A stretch of 34,733 nucleotides of DNA from a virus. Taxonomy: Duplodnaviria; Caudoviricetes. Position 1 is the stretch's first letter; every line of letters begins with the position of its first letter. Position numbers and translations under genes: made by a program. Under the pieces are notes generated by a model. It was given only the letters and a program-made list of their open reading frames with translations. It made no database searches and had not been told where the DNA came from. Shown here one piece after another: positions 1-8,925 of this stretch. The stretch covers positions 1 to 34,733 of the IMG/VR virus record IMGVR_UViG_3300010362_000060. One strand, written 5' to 3'.

Positions 1-87
1 CGCCTCAATCAGCACCACGACGAGATACACCACCGTCCAGAACGTGATCACGGCCAGCACGAACCCTTCGACGTCGTGATGCCTCAT
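1..87 (-). CDS. Small membrane protein, truncated by the window edge (MRHHDVEGFVLAVITFWTVVYLVVVLIEA...)
   Basis: ATG at 85-87 overlaps the stop of the upstream gene (ATGA); hydrophobic stretch; translated by hand. Confidence 0.6.
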   Translation of the reverse strand, partial: MRHHDVEGFVLAVITFWTVVYLVVVLIEA

Positions 88-407
88 CGCTCTTCCTGGA
101 CGATCCCGCCGTTGAGCGGCGTCCCGGCGGTGTCGTGGTCCCACATCGGGAAATCCTCGAGGTGGGCCATCACGAGGATCAGCCCGCGGGCGAGGTAGCT
201 GAGGTCGGGTGCGCCCGCCTCGACCGACTCCCGTAGCTCCTCGCCGATGCCCGCCTTGATGAAGCTGGCCATCATCGCCGCCCCCCGCCACGCCTCCGGG
301 CTCTCCCCGAGTGTGACCGCCATTTCCAGGGCGACGTTCTTGGCCCACTCGACGTGTTCTTCGCTGAGCGGGATCCGCATCGACCCTGCGTCGATCGGTT
401 CACCCAT
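84..407 (-). CDS. Hypothetical protein, paralog of 1513-1824
   Basis: 107-aa ORF; SD GGAGG upstream; shares LGESPEAWRGA with 1513-1824. Confidence 0.8.
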   Translation of the reverse strand: MGEPIDAGSMRIPLSEEHVEWAKNVALEMAVTLGESPEAWRGAAMMASFIKAGIGEELRESVEAGAPDLSYLARGLILVMAHLEDFPMWDHDTAGTPLNGGIVQEER

Positions 408-549
408 GGCGATACCTCCACTCCGCCCAGCCCCACCAGCCGCCGAGCAGGATCACCCCGGCCCACAGCAGATAGACGTAGAACGACAGGACGATCCCCG
501 CGATGAGCAGCAGGACGATGTACAGGCGGGCGCGGTTCAGTTTCGACAT
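400..549 (-). CDS. Small membrane protein (49 aa, MSKLNRARLYIVLLLIAG...)
   Basis: ATG at 547-549 with GAAGGAG upstream; long hydrophobic region; overlaps its neighbours. Confidence 0.7.
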   Translation of the reverse strand: MSKLNRARLYIVLLLIAGIVLSFYVYLLWAGVILLGGWWGWAEWRYRHG

Positions 550-1169
550 CCCGGTTCTCCTTCGGTGTTCATCGTCGACCAGTCGCCGTCGGCGCTGAAG
601 ACGATCTTGGTGTGCAGGGTCGAGCGCACCGCCCCCAGCCGGAGCACGTGGATGCCCTCGGTAGACCAGGCGCTGTAGGCGTCGGTGCGGTGGGTGAAGC
701 GACGGTCGTCCAGATAGCCCTGGGGCTGGTTGAGCACCCCGTCGAACGTCCACCGCCACCCCCACTTGGTGGTGTCGGCGTCGAAGAACAACGTCCCCGC
801 GGTCACCGTCGCGCCGTCGTAGGCGTAGGTCCGCTCCATCTCGAAGCTGAACAGCACCTGGTCTCCGAACGGGAACAGCGGGGCCCGGTACTTCTCAGTG
901 GTCGTGATCCGGCACCAGTTGGTGCCCGCCGCCGCATCCGTGACGACGGCGGGCGACGGCAGCTTGGTAGCTGTCGAAGTCCACGAGTGGCGGACCGGGT
1001 ACTCGTCACGCCAACGCGGCCGGTGATACCACACCCAGCGGGCCTGGGCCCGGGTGAGGGTGGTGTGGGCGGCGACCCCGCTCACCCACTGGCGACGGGT
1101 CATCGTGGCCCCGGCGGGTGCCGGGGCCAGCGCCAGGGCCAGCGCCCCGGCCAGGAGTATGCGCCTCAT
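537..1169 (-). CDS. Predicted secreted protein
   Basis: MRRILLAGALALALAPAPAGA signal-peptide-like N-terminus; ATGA overlap with the upstream gene. Confidence 0.75.
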   Translation of the reverse strand: MRRILLAGALALALAPAPAGATMTRRQWVSGVAAHTTLTRAQARWVWYHRPRWRDEYPVRHSWTSTATKLPSPAVVTDAAAGTNWCRITTTEKYRAPLFPFGDQVLFSFEMERTYAYDGATVTAGTLFFDADTTKWGWRWTFDGVLNQPQGYLDDRRFTHRTDAYSAWSTEGIHVLRLGAVRSTLHTKIVFSADGDWSTMNTEGEPGCRN

Positions 1170-1516
1170 ACCGTCTCCCCGTACCGCTCCTGCCATCCGG
1201 TGCCGAACACGGTCTGGATGGCGTCCTGGACGTCGCGGTGGGCGAAGCCGTCGTGTTCGCTGAGATCCAGCAGGAACTCGGCGGGTTCGTCGTCAGAGAC
1301 GAGGTTGGCGTCGTCGCGGGTCATGACGGCGAGCGTGGTGACTTCGGCGGGCTCGGCGATGCGCTCCCACCGCACCGTGTGCAGCAGGGCGACCGCCTCG
1401 GCCACGTCCTCGTCGGCGTAGGCCCCGACGACGGCGGTCGTCGCCCCGTCCATCCCGGCGTGGTGGAAGTGTTGCGTCACCACGTACACCGGCTCGATGT
1501 CGTAGCTCTTGCTCAT
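1166..1516 (-). CDS. Hypothetical protein (MSKSYDIEPV...)
   Basis: SD GAAAGGAA before the ATG at 1514-1516. Confidence 0.8.
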   Translation of the reverse strand: MSKSYDIEPVYVVTQHFHHAGMDGATTAVVGAYADEDVAEAVALLHTVRWERIAEPAEVTTLAVMTRDDANLVSDDEPAEFLLDLSEHDGFAHRDVQDAIQTVFGTGWQERYGETV

Positions 1517-1824
1517 TCGGTTTCCTTTCTGTTGGCCCGCTCGGCGCGGGCACATGGGTGGTCCAAGAACGAACCGGTGAGGATCGCGAACGCCCGCACC
1601 AAGGCGTCGGCGTCGTCGCGGTCGACGAACATCGGGGCGACCCCGACGATCATGTGACCGCAGAAGTTGATCCCCATCTCGGCACCGCGCCAGGCCTCCG
1701 GCGACTCGCCCAACACGTCGGCCAGCCCGTTCATCAGGCAGTCCATGAACTCGTGGATGCCTTCGTGGTCTTCGGCCCGGCCGCGGGCATACGTGTCGGC
1801 CAGGTCGTCCTTGGGGGTGGTCAC
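1513..1824 (-). CDS. Hypothetical protein, paralog of 84-407
   Basis: GTG start in a GTGA overlap; LGESPEAWRGA motif. Confidence 0.75.
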   Translation of the reverse strand: MTTPKDDLADTYARGRAEDHEGIHEFMDCLMNGLADVLGESPEAWRGAEMGINFCGHMIVGVAPMFVDRDDADALVRAFAILTGSFLDHPCARAERANRKETE

Positions 1825-1937
1825 TTCTCTTTCTCCTCGCACTCGCGGCACACCCCTTCGGGGATCTTGCCGTTCCATCGCCGCACCAGGATCTGGCGGA
1901 TGCGGTGACACACCCGGCAGTAGCCGACGACCCTCAT
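1821..1937 (-). CDS. 38-aa CxxC..CxxC zinc-ribbon microprotein (MRVVGYCRVCHRIRQILVRRWNGKIPEGVCRECEEKEK)
   Basis: Not in the ORF track; fills the gap exactly with 4-nt start/stop overlaps at both ends; two CxxC pairs. Confidence 0.7.
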   Translation of the reverse strand: MRVVGYCRVCHRIRQILVRRWNGKIPEGVCRECEEKEK

Positions 1938-2317
1938 GACAGCTTCTTCAGCTCGGCCAGCACGTCCTCGACGTGCAGCACCAGGTCGTACACGGACGGC
2001 AGCAGCCGCACCGGGATCAGCTTGTCCTTGCGGGCCGCGGCGAGGATGCCGGTCACCGCCTCGACGGCGCTCAGCCCCGTCAGGGGGTCAGAACCGTTCG
2101 GGGCGGTGACCGCCGGGGTGCGCTTCTTGGCCGTTCCCCGGGGCTTCTTCGGCGGGGCCAGGCCCACGTCGATCTTGTGCTTGTGCTCGTGCACGACGAC
2201 CGCCTGGAGGCTGTCCCACGGCTTGCCGCAGACCCGGCAGTCGTACACGCCGTCGGCGTGGGGCTCCAGCGGCCGTTCGAAGGCCGCCTCGACGGTTGCT
2301 CGGTCGTAGTCCATCAC
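1934..2317 (-). CDS. C2H2-type zinc-finger protein
   Basis: CRVC-x12-HEHKH followed by a basic linker; start could be 2314. Confidence 0.75.
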   Translation of the reverse strand: MMDYDRATVEAAFERPLEPHADGVYDCRVCGKPWDSLQAVVVHEHKHKIDVGLAPPKKPRGTAKKRTPAVTAPNGSDPLTGLSAVEAVTGILAAARKDKLIPVRLLPSVYDLVLHVEDVLAELKKLS

Positions 2318-2658
2318 TCACTTCCTTGGATCGCGTGCAGATGCTTGCGGCGGGTCCGGGCGGTCTCCTTGCGGGCTTCCCGGGCCTCGGTGATATGGGT
2401 CTCGATCCACGCCAGGCGCTTCTCCTGGACGGTGGGCTTGGGTTCGTCCCTGCCGTACCGGACCCATCCGGCCGGGTCGACGTAGCGGCGATAGACGAGG
2501 TCTCCGGTGTTGGCCCCGTAGGCCTCCCGCTTCTCTCGCCCACACCGCTCGCAGCGGAACGTGTACGGGTCACCGCCGTAGGGCGGTGACCAGTCGGTGG
2601 GCACCTCGAACCAGGCGTGGCCGAGGGGCGGGTCACAGGTGCGACGGATGATCGGCAT
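2314..2658 (-). CDS. Hypothetical Cys/His (Zn-binding?) protein
   Basis: 114-aa ORF with C..GHAW..CERC; coupled overlaps. Confidence 0.75.
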   Translation of the reverse strand: MPIIRRTCDPPLGHAWFEVPTDWSPPYGGDPYTFRCERCGREKREAYGANTGDLVYRRYVDPAGWVRYGRDEPKPTVQEKRLAWIETHITEAREARKETARTRRKHLHAIQGSE

Positions 2659-3254
2659 CAGTCGTCACCCTCGTGGCGTACCGCCACCGTCGTGATGTAG
2701 CCGCGTCCGGCGGCATAGGCGGCGACCGCCTGCCAGCCGTCCATCAGCTTCTGCTCGCTGGCGATCCTCCCCGCCCGATACGCCCCGTAGATGCGGTGGG
2801 GCAACCCGACGAACTCGGGGTTGTCGTCGGTGCCGACGCGGTGCTGGTGCTCCTCGTCGGCCTCGACGTCGTACGTCTTGATCACCGACTCTTCGAAGTT
2901 CTGGCAGTCGATCGCCTGCACGACGAGGCTGGTGTGGACGCTGGCGTCGCCCTGCTCGGCCAGGCGTTGCAGGTCGCCGCGCTGCATCTCCTTCTCCCGC
3001 TCGCGGGTGATGTCACCTTTCATCCAGCACTCGTTGACGGTGACGAGGTACGGCGTGTCGACCACGCTGGTGAACATCGCCGTGACGAGCACCATCAGGT
3101 CCGACGGGAAGGTGGGACATTCCCGGTCGAGCCCGATGATCAGCTCGGTCTCGCCGCCCTGGAGGGCGACGATCACCTGGAGGGAGAGCTTCGGGCTGTA
3201 GTTCAGCCTGGCCCCGAGCATGTACTCGTTGGCCAAGTCTTGAGCTTGGGTCAT
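2658..3254 (-). CDS. Hypothetical protein (198 aa)
   Basis: SD AGAAAGGAA; coupled to the downstream gene. Confidence 0.8.
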   Translation of the reverse strand: MTQAQDLANEYMLGARLNYSPKLSLQVIVALQGGETELIIGLDRECPTFPSDLMVLVTAMFTSVVDTPYLVTVNECWMKGDITREREKEMQRGDLQRLAEQGDASVHTSLVVQAIDCQNFEESVIKTYDVEADEEHQHRVGTDDNPEFVGLPHRIYGAYRAGRIASEQKLMDGWQAVAAYAAGRGYITTVAVRHEGDD

Positions 3255-3271
3255 GGTGGTTCCTTTCTGTT

Positions 3272-3303
3272 GGGTGGGGGCGGGGAGCCGGTTCCCCGCC
3301 CCC
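3272..3303 (-). other. 11-bp GC hairpin followed by ACCC, immediately before an SD (minihelix-like element or terminator)
   Basis: GGGGGCGGGGA-ACCGGC-TCCCCGCCCCC on the minus strand; no U-tract. Confidence 0.55.
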
Positions 3304-3312
3304 AGGCTGGTT

Positions 3313-4758
3313 CTAGCGCCCGTCCGCCGACAGCGTGTACTGGACGTCGCCGTCGTAGTCCTTGACCTCCGTCGCGTCGACGACGCGGCGGACCTCCTGG
3401 CGCACGGTCGCCCCGAGCGCCAGCGAGAGGTTGTCTGGCACGTAGGTGTCGCTGGCCTCTTCCATCAGCCGGAGCTGGTCACGCAGCCCGTTGGCGGCGA
3501 GCACCAACGACTCCGTGTCCAGCGGACCGAGCTTGCCGTGGTTGAGGCTGACGCTGTACCGCACCGCCCGATCGAAGGCCTCCTTGACGAACGCGGGCAT
3601 GTACCCGTCCATCGCCTCGAACACCCGGTCGAAGTTGGTGTCGGGGTCGAGCGCGTCCCCGATCACCCGTCTGGCCAGCTTCTCCACGCCCGGCCGGTCC
3701 ATCGGACCGATGTGGATCACCGCGTCGAGGCGTCCGGGCCGGACCATGCCCTTGTGGATGCGCTCGGCGTGGTTGGTGGTGAGGACGAGCAGCATCTGCA
3801 AGCCCTTGCTGGAGAAGCCGTCGAAGGTGTCGAGCATCCGGTTGACGTCCCGCTCGCCCGCTCCGGCCTTGGTGTCGAGGTCCTCCATGAACAGCACCCC
3901 CGGCTGGTAGATGCGCAGGGTCTGCATCGCGGCGTGGATGTCGTCCCGGCCGGGGCGGCACATCAGGAACGTCCACCCGTTGGCTTCGGCCACCTGTGCC
4001 GTCAGCACCGCGGCGAGGGTCTTGCCCACGCCGTACGGCCCCTCCAGCAGGACGGCCCGTTTGCCCGGCTGGCCCAGGTCGAACAGCACGTCGGCGTGGC
4101 GGATGGGCGACCACACGTTGGCCTCCAACTGCTGCATCGCGTCCTGCGTGTAGACGACGTCGTCCCAGTTCACCGACGTCGTGTCGATGAACTGGAGGTC
4201 CCCGTCGATGGCCTTGCCCTTGTAGATCGACTCGGTCCGCAGGAACTTGTCGATCAACGTGAACAGCCCGTCGATGTGGTCCTTGTACTTGCGCGGGCAC
4301 GTCACGGTGAGCTGGAAGATCTCTCCCAGCTCCTGGTGTCGGGTCGCGCCCAAGTGCAGGATCGTGTTCTTCAGCCCCGGGAAGCGCATCGCCCCCCAGG
4401 GCACCTGGATCGTCTCGTCGATCCCACAGGCCACGTCGATCAGCTGCGGCGGCTCCTTGCCGAAGAAGTGCCGCACCGTGTAGCCCACGGTCCAGCCCGC
4501 CGCCTGCTTGACGGCCTTCATCGTGGCCAGCGCCCCGTCGAACGGACGGAACGGGAACTGCCGCGACACCTGGTATTCGTGCTCCTCGTCCTCGATGCGG
4601 GCGCTGAGGAAGTCCCGGCCTTCCACCATCGACAGGTGGGCCGGGATGACGAACTTCGTCCCGAAGAACGTGACGTCCTCCTCCTTGGTCAGCTTGCCGC
4701 CCAAGATGGCGAGCGCCTCCAAGGCCTCCTCGCGTCTCTCGAGTTCGCTCTTGTTCAT
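3313..4758 (-). CDS. AAA+ ATPase (classical clade)
   Basis: Walker A GPYGVGKT, Walker B LFMEDLD, second region of homology TTNHAERIHKGMVRPGRLD. Confidence 0.92.
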   Translation of the reverse strand: MNKSELERREEALEALAILGGKLTKEEDVTFFGTKFVIPAHLSMVEGRDFLSARIEDEEHEYQVSRQFPFRPFDGALATMKAVKQAAGWTVGYTVRHFFGKEPPQLIDVACGIDETIQVPWGAMRFPGLKNTILHLGATRHQELGEIFQLTVTCPRKYKDHIDGLFTLIDKFLRTESIYKGKAIDGDLQFIDTTSVNWDDVVYTQDAMQQLEANVWSPIRHADVLFDLGQPGKRAVLLEGPYGVGKTLAAVLTAQVAEANGWTFLMCRPGRDDIHAAMQTLRIYQPGVLFMEDLDTKAGAGERDVNRMLDTFDGFSSKGLQMLLVLTTNHAERIHKGMVRPGRLDAVIHIGPMDRPGVEKLARRVIGDALDPDTNFDRVFEAMDGYMPAFVKEAFDRAVRYSVSLNHGKLGPLDTESLVLAANGLRDQLRLMEEASDTYVPDNLSLALGATVRQEVRRVVDATEVKDYDGDVQYTLSADGR

Positions 4759-5147
4759 GTGGTTCCCTTTCTGTTGGGTTTCCGCTGGGTGCGGCTGTAG
4801 GGCTGGCGTGACGCCGGGAGGCTTGGGATGGGCCTCTCGAACGTCTCCAGCGCGTCGGCGGGGAAGCGCAACTGACGCTGTGGCGTCATCACTCCGCCTT
4901 GGAGGATCCCCCGTTTGTGCCAGTCCCGGACGGTGTCGCGGGTGACCCCGAGGGCGCGGGCGATGTCCCTGACGGACAGCCCGTGGTCCCGCTTGCGCGC
5001 CTCTATCGCGCTGAGCGGGATGAAGATGCGGCCCTCGAACTTCTGGCCCGGGAGCTTCCCGGAGTTGACCAGGCCGTGGACTCGTTGTCGGCTTATGCCG
5101 AGCAGCCGGGCGGCGTGATTGACCGACACCAGCTGCTCATCGGGCAC
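4755..5147 (-). CDS. Tandem excisionase/MerR-like HTH DNA-binding protein
   Basis: Two HTH_17-like repeats: SVNHAARLLGISRQRVHGLVNSGKL and SVRDIARALGVTRDTVRDWHKRGIL; GTG start inferred. Confidence 0.8.
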   Translation of the reverse strand: MPDEQLVSVNHAARLLGISRQRVHGLVNSGKLPGQKFEGRIFIPLSAIEARKRDHGLSVRDIARALGVTRDTVRDWHKRGILQGGVMTPQRQLRFPADALETFERPIPSLPASRQPYSRTQRKPNRKGTT

Positions 5148-5194
5148 GACATCTCTCCATGGTGTCTCCTTTCGGTGGGTGGGCAGGCGCGCGT

Positions 5195-6388
5195 TCAGCG
5201 CACGAACGAAGTGGCCGGGTGCATCGGCCCGATCTCGCCGTCGTCGGGGCCCCGCCAGTACGGCTCGATCAGCACCCAGCGATGGTTCAGCGGGTCCATC
5301 TCCCCGTTGGCCATCCGGGCCGGTCCACCCAGGCTCGGGTAGTACTGGTAGCTCCAGTGCTTGCGGACCAGCTGGCGGTACTCCAACGGCACCCCGATGC
5401 CGGTCGGCTTGTAGCCCGGATCGACCACCCGCCGCAGCCGCAGCACGGTGTAGTCGAGCAGCGCCTTGCGCTTGGCCAGTCGTTCCCATCGGCGCAGCTC
5501 GTGACGGTGGGGATGCCCGGCGCGGCGGACGATGATCTGCTGCCACATCAGGCGCATGAACACGTAGAACCAGCGGCGCTGGAACCCGACCGGGTACGGC
5601 ACCGTGCCCGGCACGTATTCGCTTTGCTCGCGCATCGTCCACGGCACGTCGAAGCTCCACGGCAGCACCTCGACCGGGAGGAACCCGTCGCGCACCGTCG
5701 ACGGGTCGAAGATGTCCATCCCCGCCGCCTTGGCGGTGGCGTAGTAGCCCTCGGCGAAGTCCTCCCGGGTGGTGTAGAAGAAGATGCTCACCCCGGCCCG
5801 CACCGTGTCGTCGACCTGGCTGAGGATGTTCGGCTCTCGGCACCACCCGATCGCCCGGATGTGGACCCGCAGCGTCGGGTGGGGCAGACCAGACCTGGGG
5901 TCGAGGTCGGGAAACACGACCGCCCGTTCGAACACGGCGAACCCGTCCTGGGCGAACAGGTCCGTCTCGTGCAACACGTCGGGCACGGCCAGCTCGGCGG
6001 CCTCGTCGATCTCGTCCAGCACCTCCGCCGACACGTAGTGGCTGACCGCCCGGTCCAGCATCTTGTGCTCCCGCACCGCCAGGTGCAGCCCCTGGCGGAT
6101 GGCGGTGTCGTCGCCGGAGAACTGCTCCCGCCCGACGATCGTCTGGCCGTCGGCCAGCCCGCCCATGATGATCGGGTTGCCGTCCGGCCCGACGAAGCCG
6201 TAGCTGGCCCCGAACTGGATCCACGCGTGCAGCCACGGCTTGGACAGCAGATCGCGGGCGATCTGCGCGTTCATCGGGCTGTGCGGCCGGTAGTACTGCT
6301 CGGCCAGAAGCACCTCCCGTTCGGCCTGGGCCCACCGTTGGAGATGGGCGTCGACGGCGGGGCCGATCCCGGCCCACTTGGCGCTCAT
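5195..6388 (-). CDS. Hypothetical phage protein (397 aa)
   Basis: ATGA overlap start; aromatic C-terminal motif VRKHWSYQYYPS..HRWVLIEPYWRGP. Confidence 0.8.
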   Translation of the reverse strand: MSAKWAGIGPAVDAHLQRWAQAEREVLLAEQYYRPHSPMNAQIARDLLSKPWLHAWIQFGASYGFVGPDGNPIIMGGLADGQTIVGREQFSGDDTAIRQGLHLAVREHKMLDRAVSHYVSAEVLDEIDEAAELAVPDVLHETDLFAQDGFAVFERAVVFPDLDPRSGLPHPTLRVHIRAIGWCREPNILSQVDDTVRAGVSIFFYTTREDFAEGYYATAKAAGMDIFDPSTVRDGFLPVEVLPWSFDVPWTMREQSEYVPGTVPYPVGFQRRWFYVFMRLMWQQIIVRRAGHPHRHELRRWERLAKRKALLDYTVLRLRRVVDPGYKPTGIGVPLEYRQLVRKHWSYQYYPSLGGPARMANGEMDPLNHRWVLIEPYWRGPDDGEIGPMHPATSFVR

Positions 6389-6687
6389 GGCTCGGCCCCG
6401 GTGATGCGTCGGATCAGCCGGGTCGACTTGCCCCAGGCGTAGGGGAAGTTGATCGGGGCGTCGGAGAAGTCGTCCGGCGTGAGCTCGCGCCCCAGCCGGG
6501 TCTCGAAGCAGCCCACGCACAACATGCCCAGGCCGGGGCCGGTGCGTTCGGTGCAGACGCCGTCGTCGTCGAAGACGAGCACGATCTGCCCGACGATGTG
6601 TTCCCACAGCTCGTCGGTGACCATGTACATCTCCCCGATGTCGAACGTGTCGACGCCGCAGTCGAGACACTCGTGTCGAGTGCTCAT
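6385..6687 (-). CDS. CxxC..CxxC Zn-binding hypothetical protein
   Basis: CLDCGVDT..YMVTDELW..LCVGCFETRLGREL; SD GAAAGGAA. Confidence 0.8.
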   Translation of the reverse strand: MSTRHECLDCGVDTFDIGEMYMVTDELWEHIVGQIVLVFDDDGVCTERTGPGLGMLCVGCFETRLGRELTPDDFSDAPINFPYAWGKSTRLIRRITGAEP

Positions 6688-7091
6688 GGGGTGTTCCTTT
6701 CTTCGTCGGAGACGTTCCACGGTCCCCAGTGCAGGTGGCGCAGCATCTCCACGCGGGCCTGATCCCACGTGTAGCGCTGCACCTTGTCGGGATGGATGCG
6801 GGCGACCTGGTAGTAGAAGGCCGCCGGAGCGGTGACGTCGTTGCCGTTGGAGCGGTCCACGACGTACGTCAGTGTCGTGTCCCGCAGGTGTTCGAAGCCG
6901 GGCGGTCGCTCCTCGACCGGGGGCAGCTTGATCACCTCGTCGTATTCGCACCAGGCGTGCCACAGCCGCCTGCCTTCCAGCGGGCCCTGGCCCTGCACCA
7001 CGCCGTGGCACAGCAACCAGTCGCGGTGTTCGGTGGCCAGGCGACCGGCGACCTGGAAGCAGTCGCCGGTCGCCTTGGGCCTACGCGTCAC
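6684..7091 (-). CDS. Hypothetical protein with a possible Cys-His-Asp (transglutaminase/papain-like) triad
   Basis: GDCF...HAWCE...VVD pattern; fold call is inference. Confidence 0.7.
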   Translation of the reverse strand: MTRRPKATGDCFQVAGRLATEHRDWLLCHGVVQGQGPLEGRRLWHAWCEYDEVIKLPPVEERPPGFEHLRDTTLTYVVDRSNGNDVTAPAAFYYQVARIHPDKVQRYTWDQARVEMLRHLHWGPWNVSDEERNTP

Positions 7092-7281
7092 CCTTGGGCA
7101 ACCGCTCGTCGAGCAGCGCGTACAAGGCCAACAGCGCCTGGGCCACGGCCACCGTGGCCAGCGGCGCGGCGTTGGTTGGGCTCCGCCCGGTCAGGTTCAT
7201 CGCCTTGACGAGGTTGGTGTCGGCAAAGCGGGCGAAGTCGCCGTGCCGCATCGGTTCGGGCTCAGGCTTCCTGGTCGGCAT
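7081..7281 (-). CDS. Hypothetical protein (66 aa)
   Basis: GGAGG upstream; overlaps both neighbours. Confidence 0.6.
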   Translation of the reverse strand: MPTRKPEPEPMRHGDFARFADTNLVKAMNLTGRSPTNAAPLATVAVAQALLALYALLDERLPKGDA

Positions 7282-7450
7282 TGGCCTTCGCCTCCTCGGC
7301 CTGGTAGTTGGCCCACTCGTCGTCGTAGTGCCACGGCTTCTCGAAGAAGTGGAGCAGGTTGCGGGCGTCGTAGCCCTCGTTCTCGACGAGCCACTCGCCC
7401 AAGGAGACGAGGTTCTCGTGGGTCTGCCACCATTTCAGTTCGATGGTCAT
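7262..7450 (-). CDS. Hypothetical protein (MTIELKWWQTHENL..., 62 aa)
   Basis: SD GAAAGGAA; ATGA overlap. Confidence 0.75.
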   Translation of the reverse strand: MTIELKWWQTHENLVSLGEWLVENEGYDARNLLHFFEKPWHYDDEWANYQAEEAKANADQEA

Positions 7451-7698
7451 TGCTGGGTTCCTTTCACTGGTTTGTACCAACGGATGACGAGGTGCCCTTC
7501 CCCCAGGTCGCACACCTGGGGGACGACCACCACGTCGGGGTCTGGATGGACCGGCAGGGTGCCGTCCCGCCTCCAGGCTGCCTCGTCGGCGGGCCCGAAA
7601 CGGTAGACCCCGGCTTGTCCGGCAGCGAGCGCGGCTCGCTCGTCGGCGCTGAACTCGACCCCCGGGAACAGCACCTCTGCCATCTGTTGCGGCGTCAC
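7447..7698 (-). CDS. Hypothetical protein
   Basis: GTGA-overlap start (alternative start 7707). Confidence 0.7.
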   Translation of the reverse strand: MTPQQMAEVLFPGVEFSADERAALAAGQAGVYRFGPADEAAWRRDGTLPVHPDPDVVVVPQVCDLGEGHLVIRWYKPVKGTQQ

Positions 7699-8150
7699 GT
7701 GGGCCACGGGTCACCCGGCTTCCAGTCGTCGGGCAACGGGACCACCTGGGGCGGCGGGATGGTGTCGGGGTTGGCCGTCAACACCAGCACCTGGCCGATG
7801 TCGGCGGCGTTCGTCACCACCCGATGCCACTGCTGAGCCAGGCTGGTCAGCACCTGCATGTCCTCGGCGGTGGCGGCCAACGTGTTGCCCTCCTCGTCGG
7901 GCTCGCCCGCGCACAGCACCACCGGCCCGTAGATCGGCCGACCGGCGAACCAGCTGGCCGGGACGTTCAGGTGGGCCTCGTCGAGCATCCCGTTGTCGTC
8001 GATGAAGTACCCGGCGGTCTCGCTCACCCGCAGGAACGTGAGCACCGCCTGATCCAAGCCGAACTTGATGCCCTCGTAGCTGTTGGGCACCGGGTCGATG
8101 CGGCCATCCGGCTTGATCGCCAGCAGCAGCTTGCGCTCGTCACGCGCCAT
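7695..8150 (-). CDS. DUF3846-like protein
   Basis: Pattern FIDDNGML..LNVPAS..IYGPVVLCA.EPDEEGNT resembles DUF3846; SD GAGGAGG. Confidence 0.7.
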   Translation of the reverse strand: MARDERKLLLAIKPDGRIDPVPNSYEGIKFGLDQAVLTFLRVSETAGYFIDDNGMLDEAHLNVPASWFAGRPIYGPVVLCAGEPDEEGNTLAATAEDMQVLTSLAQQWHRVVTNAADIGQVLVLTANPDTIPPPQVVPLPDDWKPGDPWPT

Positions 8151-8448
8151 CGTGATCCTCCTCGGTGTTGTGGGCGATGTTGGTCAGGGCGTCGTTCAGG
8201 TAGGCGTGAACGGCGTGGGCCAGCGGCAGCTGGCACTCCGGCCCGTGCACGAGCACCTGTCCGCACAGCGGACATTGCCGGTCGGCCCGGTCGTGCCAGT
8301 CCTCCTCGATCACCTCGAGCAGGTTGACCAGCTGCCAGCTGAGCTCCCCGACCATCTGGAAGATGACGTGGAGCGCTTCGTTGTAGGGCTGGTTCTCGGG
8401 CAGCGCATCGGCCAGCGCGTCCCGGGCCCCTTGCAGGTCACCGCTCAC
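8140..8448 (-). CDS. Hypothetical protein with CPLC..H..C motif
   Basis: 102-aa ORF; SD GGAGGTG. Confidence 0.75.
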   Translation of the reverse strand: MSGDLQGARDALADALPENQPYNEALHVIFQMVGELSWQLVNLLEVIEEDWHDRADRQCPLCGQVLVHGPECQLPLAHAVHAYLNDALTNIAHNTEEDHDGA

Positions 8449-8623
8449 CCCTCACCTCCTCGTAGACGATGTCCACGGCGTCGCGGAACAAGCCGGTGAG
8501 GGTGGCCGAGTCCCACGAGCGAATCTCCTCGCCCGCCTCGTCCTTGAGCGTCGCCTCCCAGTGGGTGATGTGCCCCTCGTCGAACTCTGCGTACAGGTCG
8601 ATGGCGCAGCGGAAGTCGCTCAT
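8438..8623 (-). CDS. Hypothetical protein (MSDFRCAIDL..., 61 aa)
   Basis: ATGA overlap; acidic. Confidence 0.7.
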   Translation of the reverse strand: MSDFRCAIDLYAEFDEGHITHWEATLKDEAGEEIRSWDSATLTGLFRDAVDIVYEEVRGER

Positions 8624-8925
8624 GGCTTCTTCCCGACCTGCCGGATGGCTTCGGCGAGGACCGCTTGGACGGCCTGCATGAAGCGGTCGTAGCAGTCCTC
8701 GCAGTAGTACTGGCCGTCGTCCGCCTGCCAGGTGGCCTGCCAGAACAGGCCGGACACGACGTTGCCGTGCATGTCCTCGGTCTCGGACAGGACGAACCCG
8801 ATCGACTCGCCGCACTCCGGGTTGGCGCACATGGCCTCGTCCAGCGGCAGCTCGACGGGCGGGTTCGGGTAGCGACCCCCGTCTTCGTCGTAGGTCTCGA
8901 ACTCGATGGGATCGACGGGCCTCAT
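8620..8925 (-). CDS. Acidic Zn-finger-like protein
   Basis: CANPEC...CEDC; ATGA overlap. Confidence 0.75.
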   Translation of the reverse strand: MRPVDPIEFETYDEDGGRYPNPPVELPLDEAMCANPECGESIGFVLSETEDMHGNVVSGLFWQATWQADDGQYYCEDCYDRFMQAVQAVLAEAIRQVGKKP

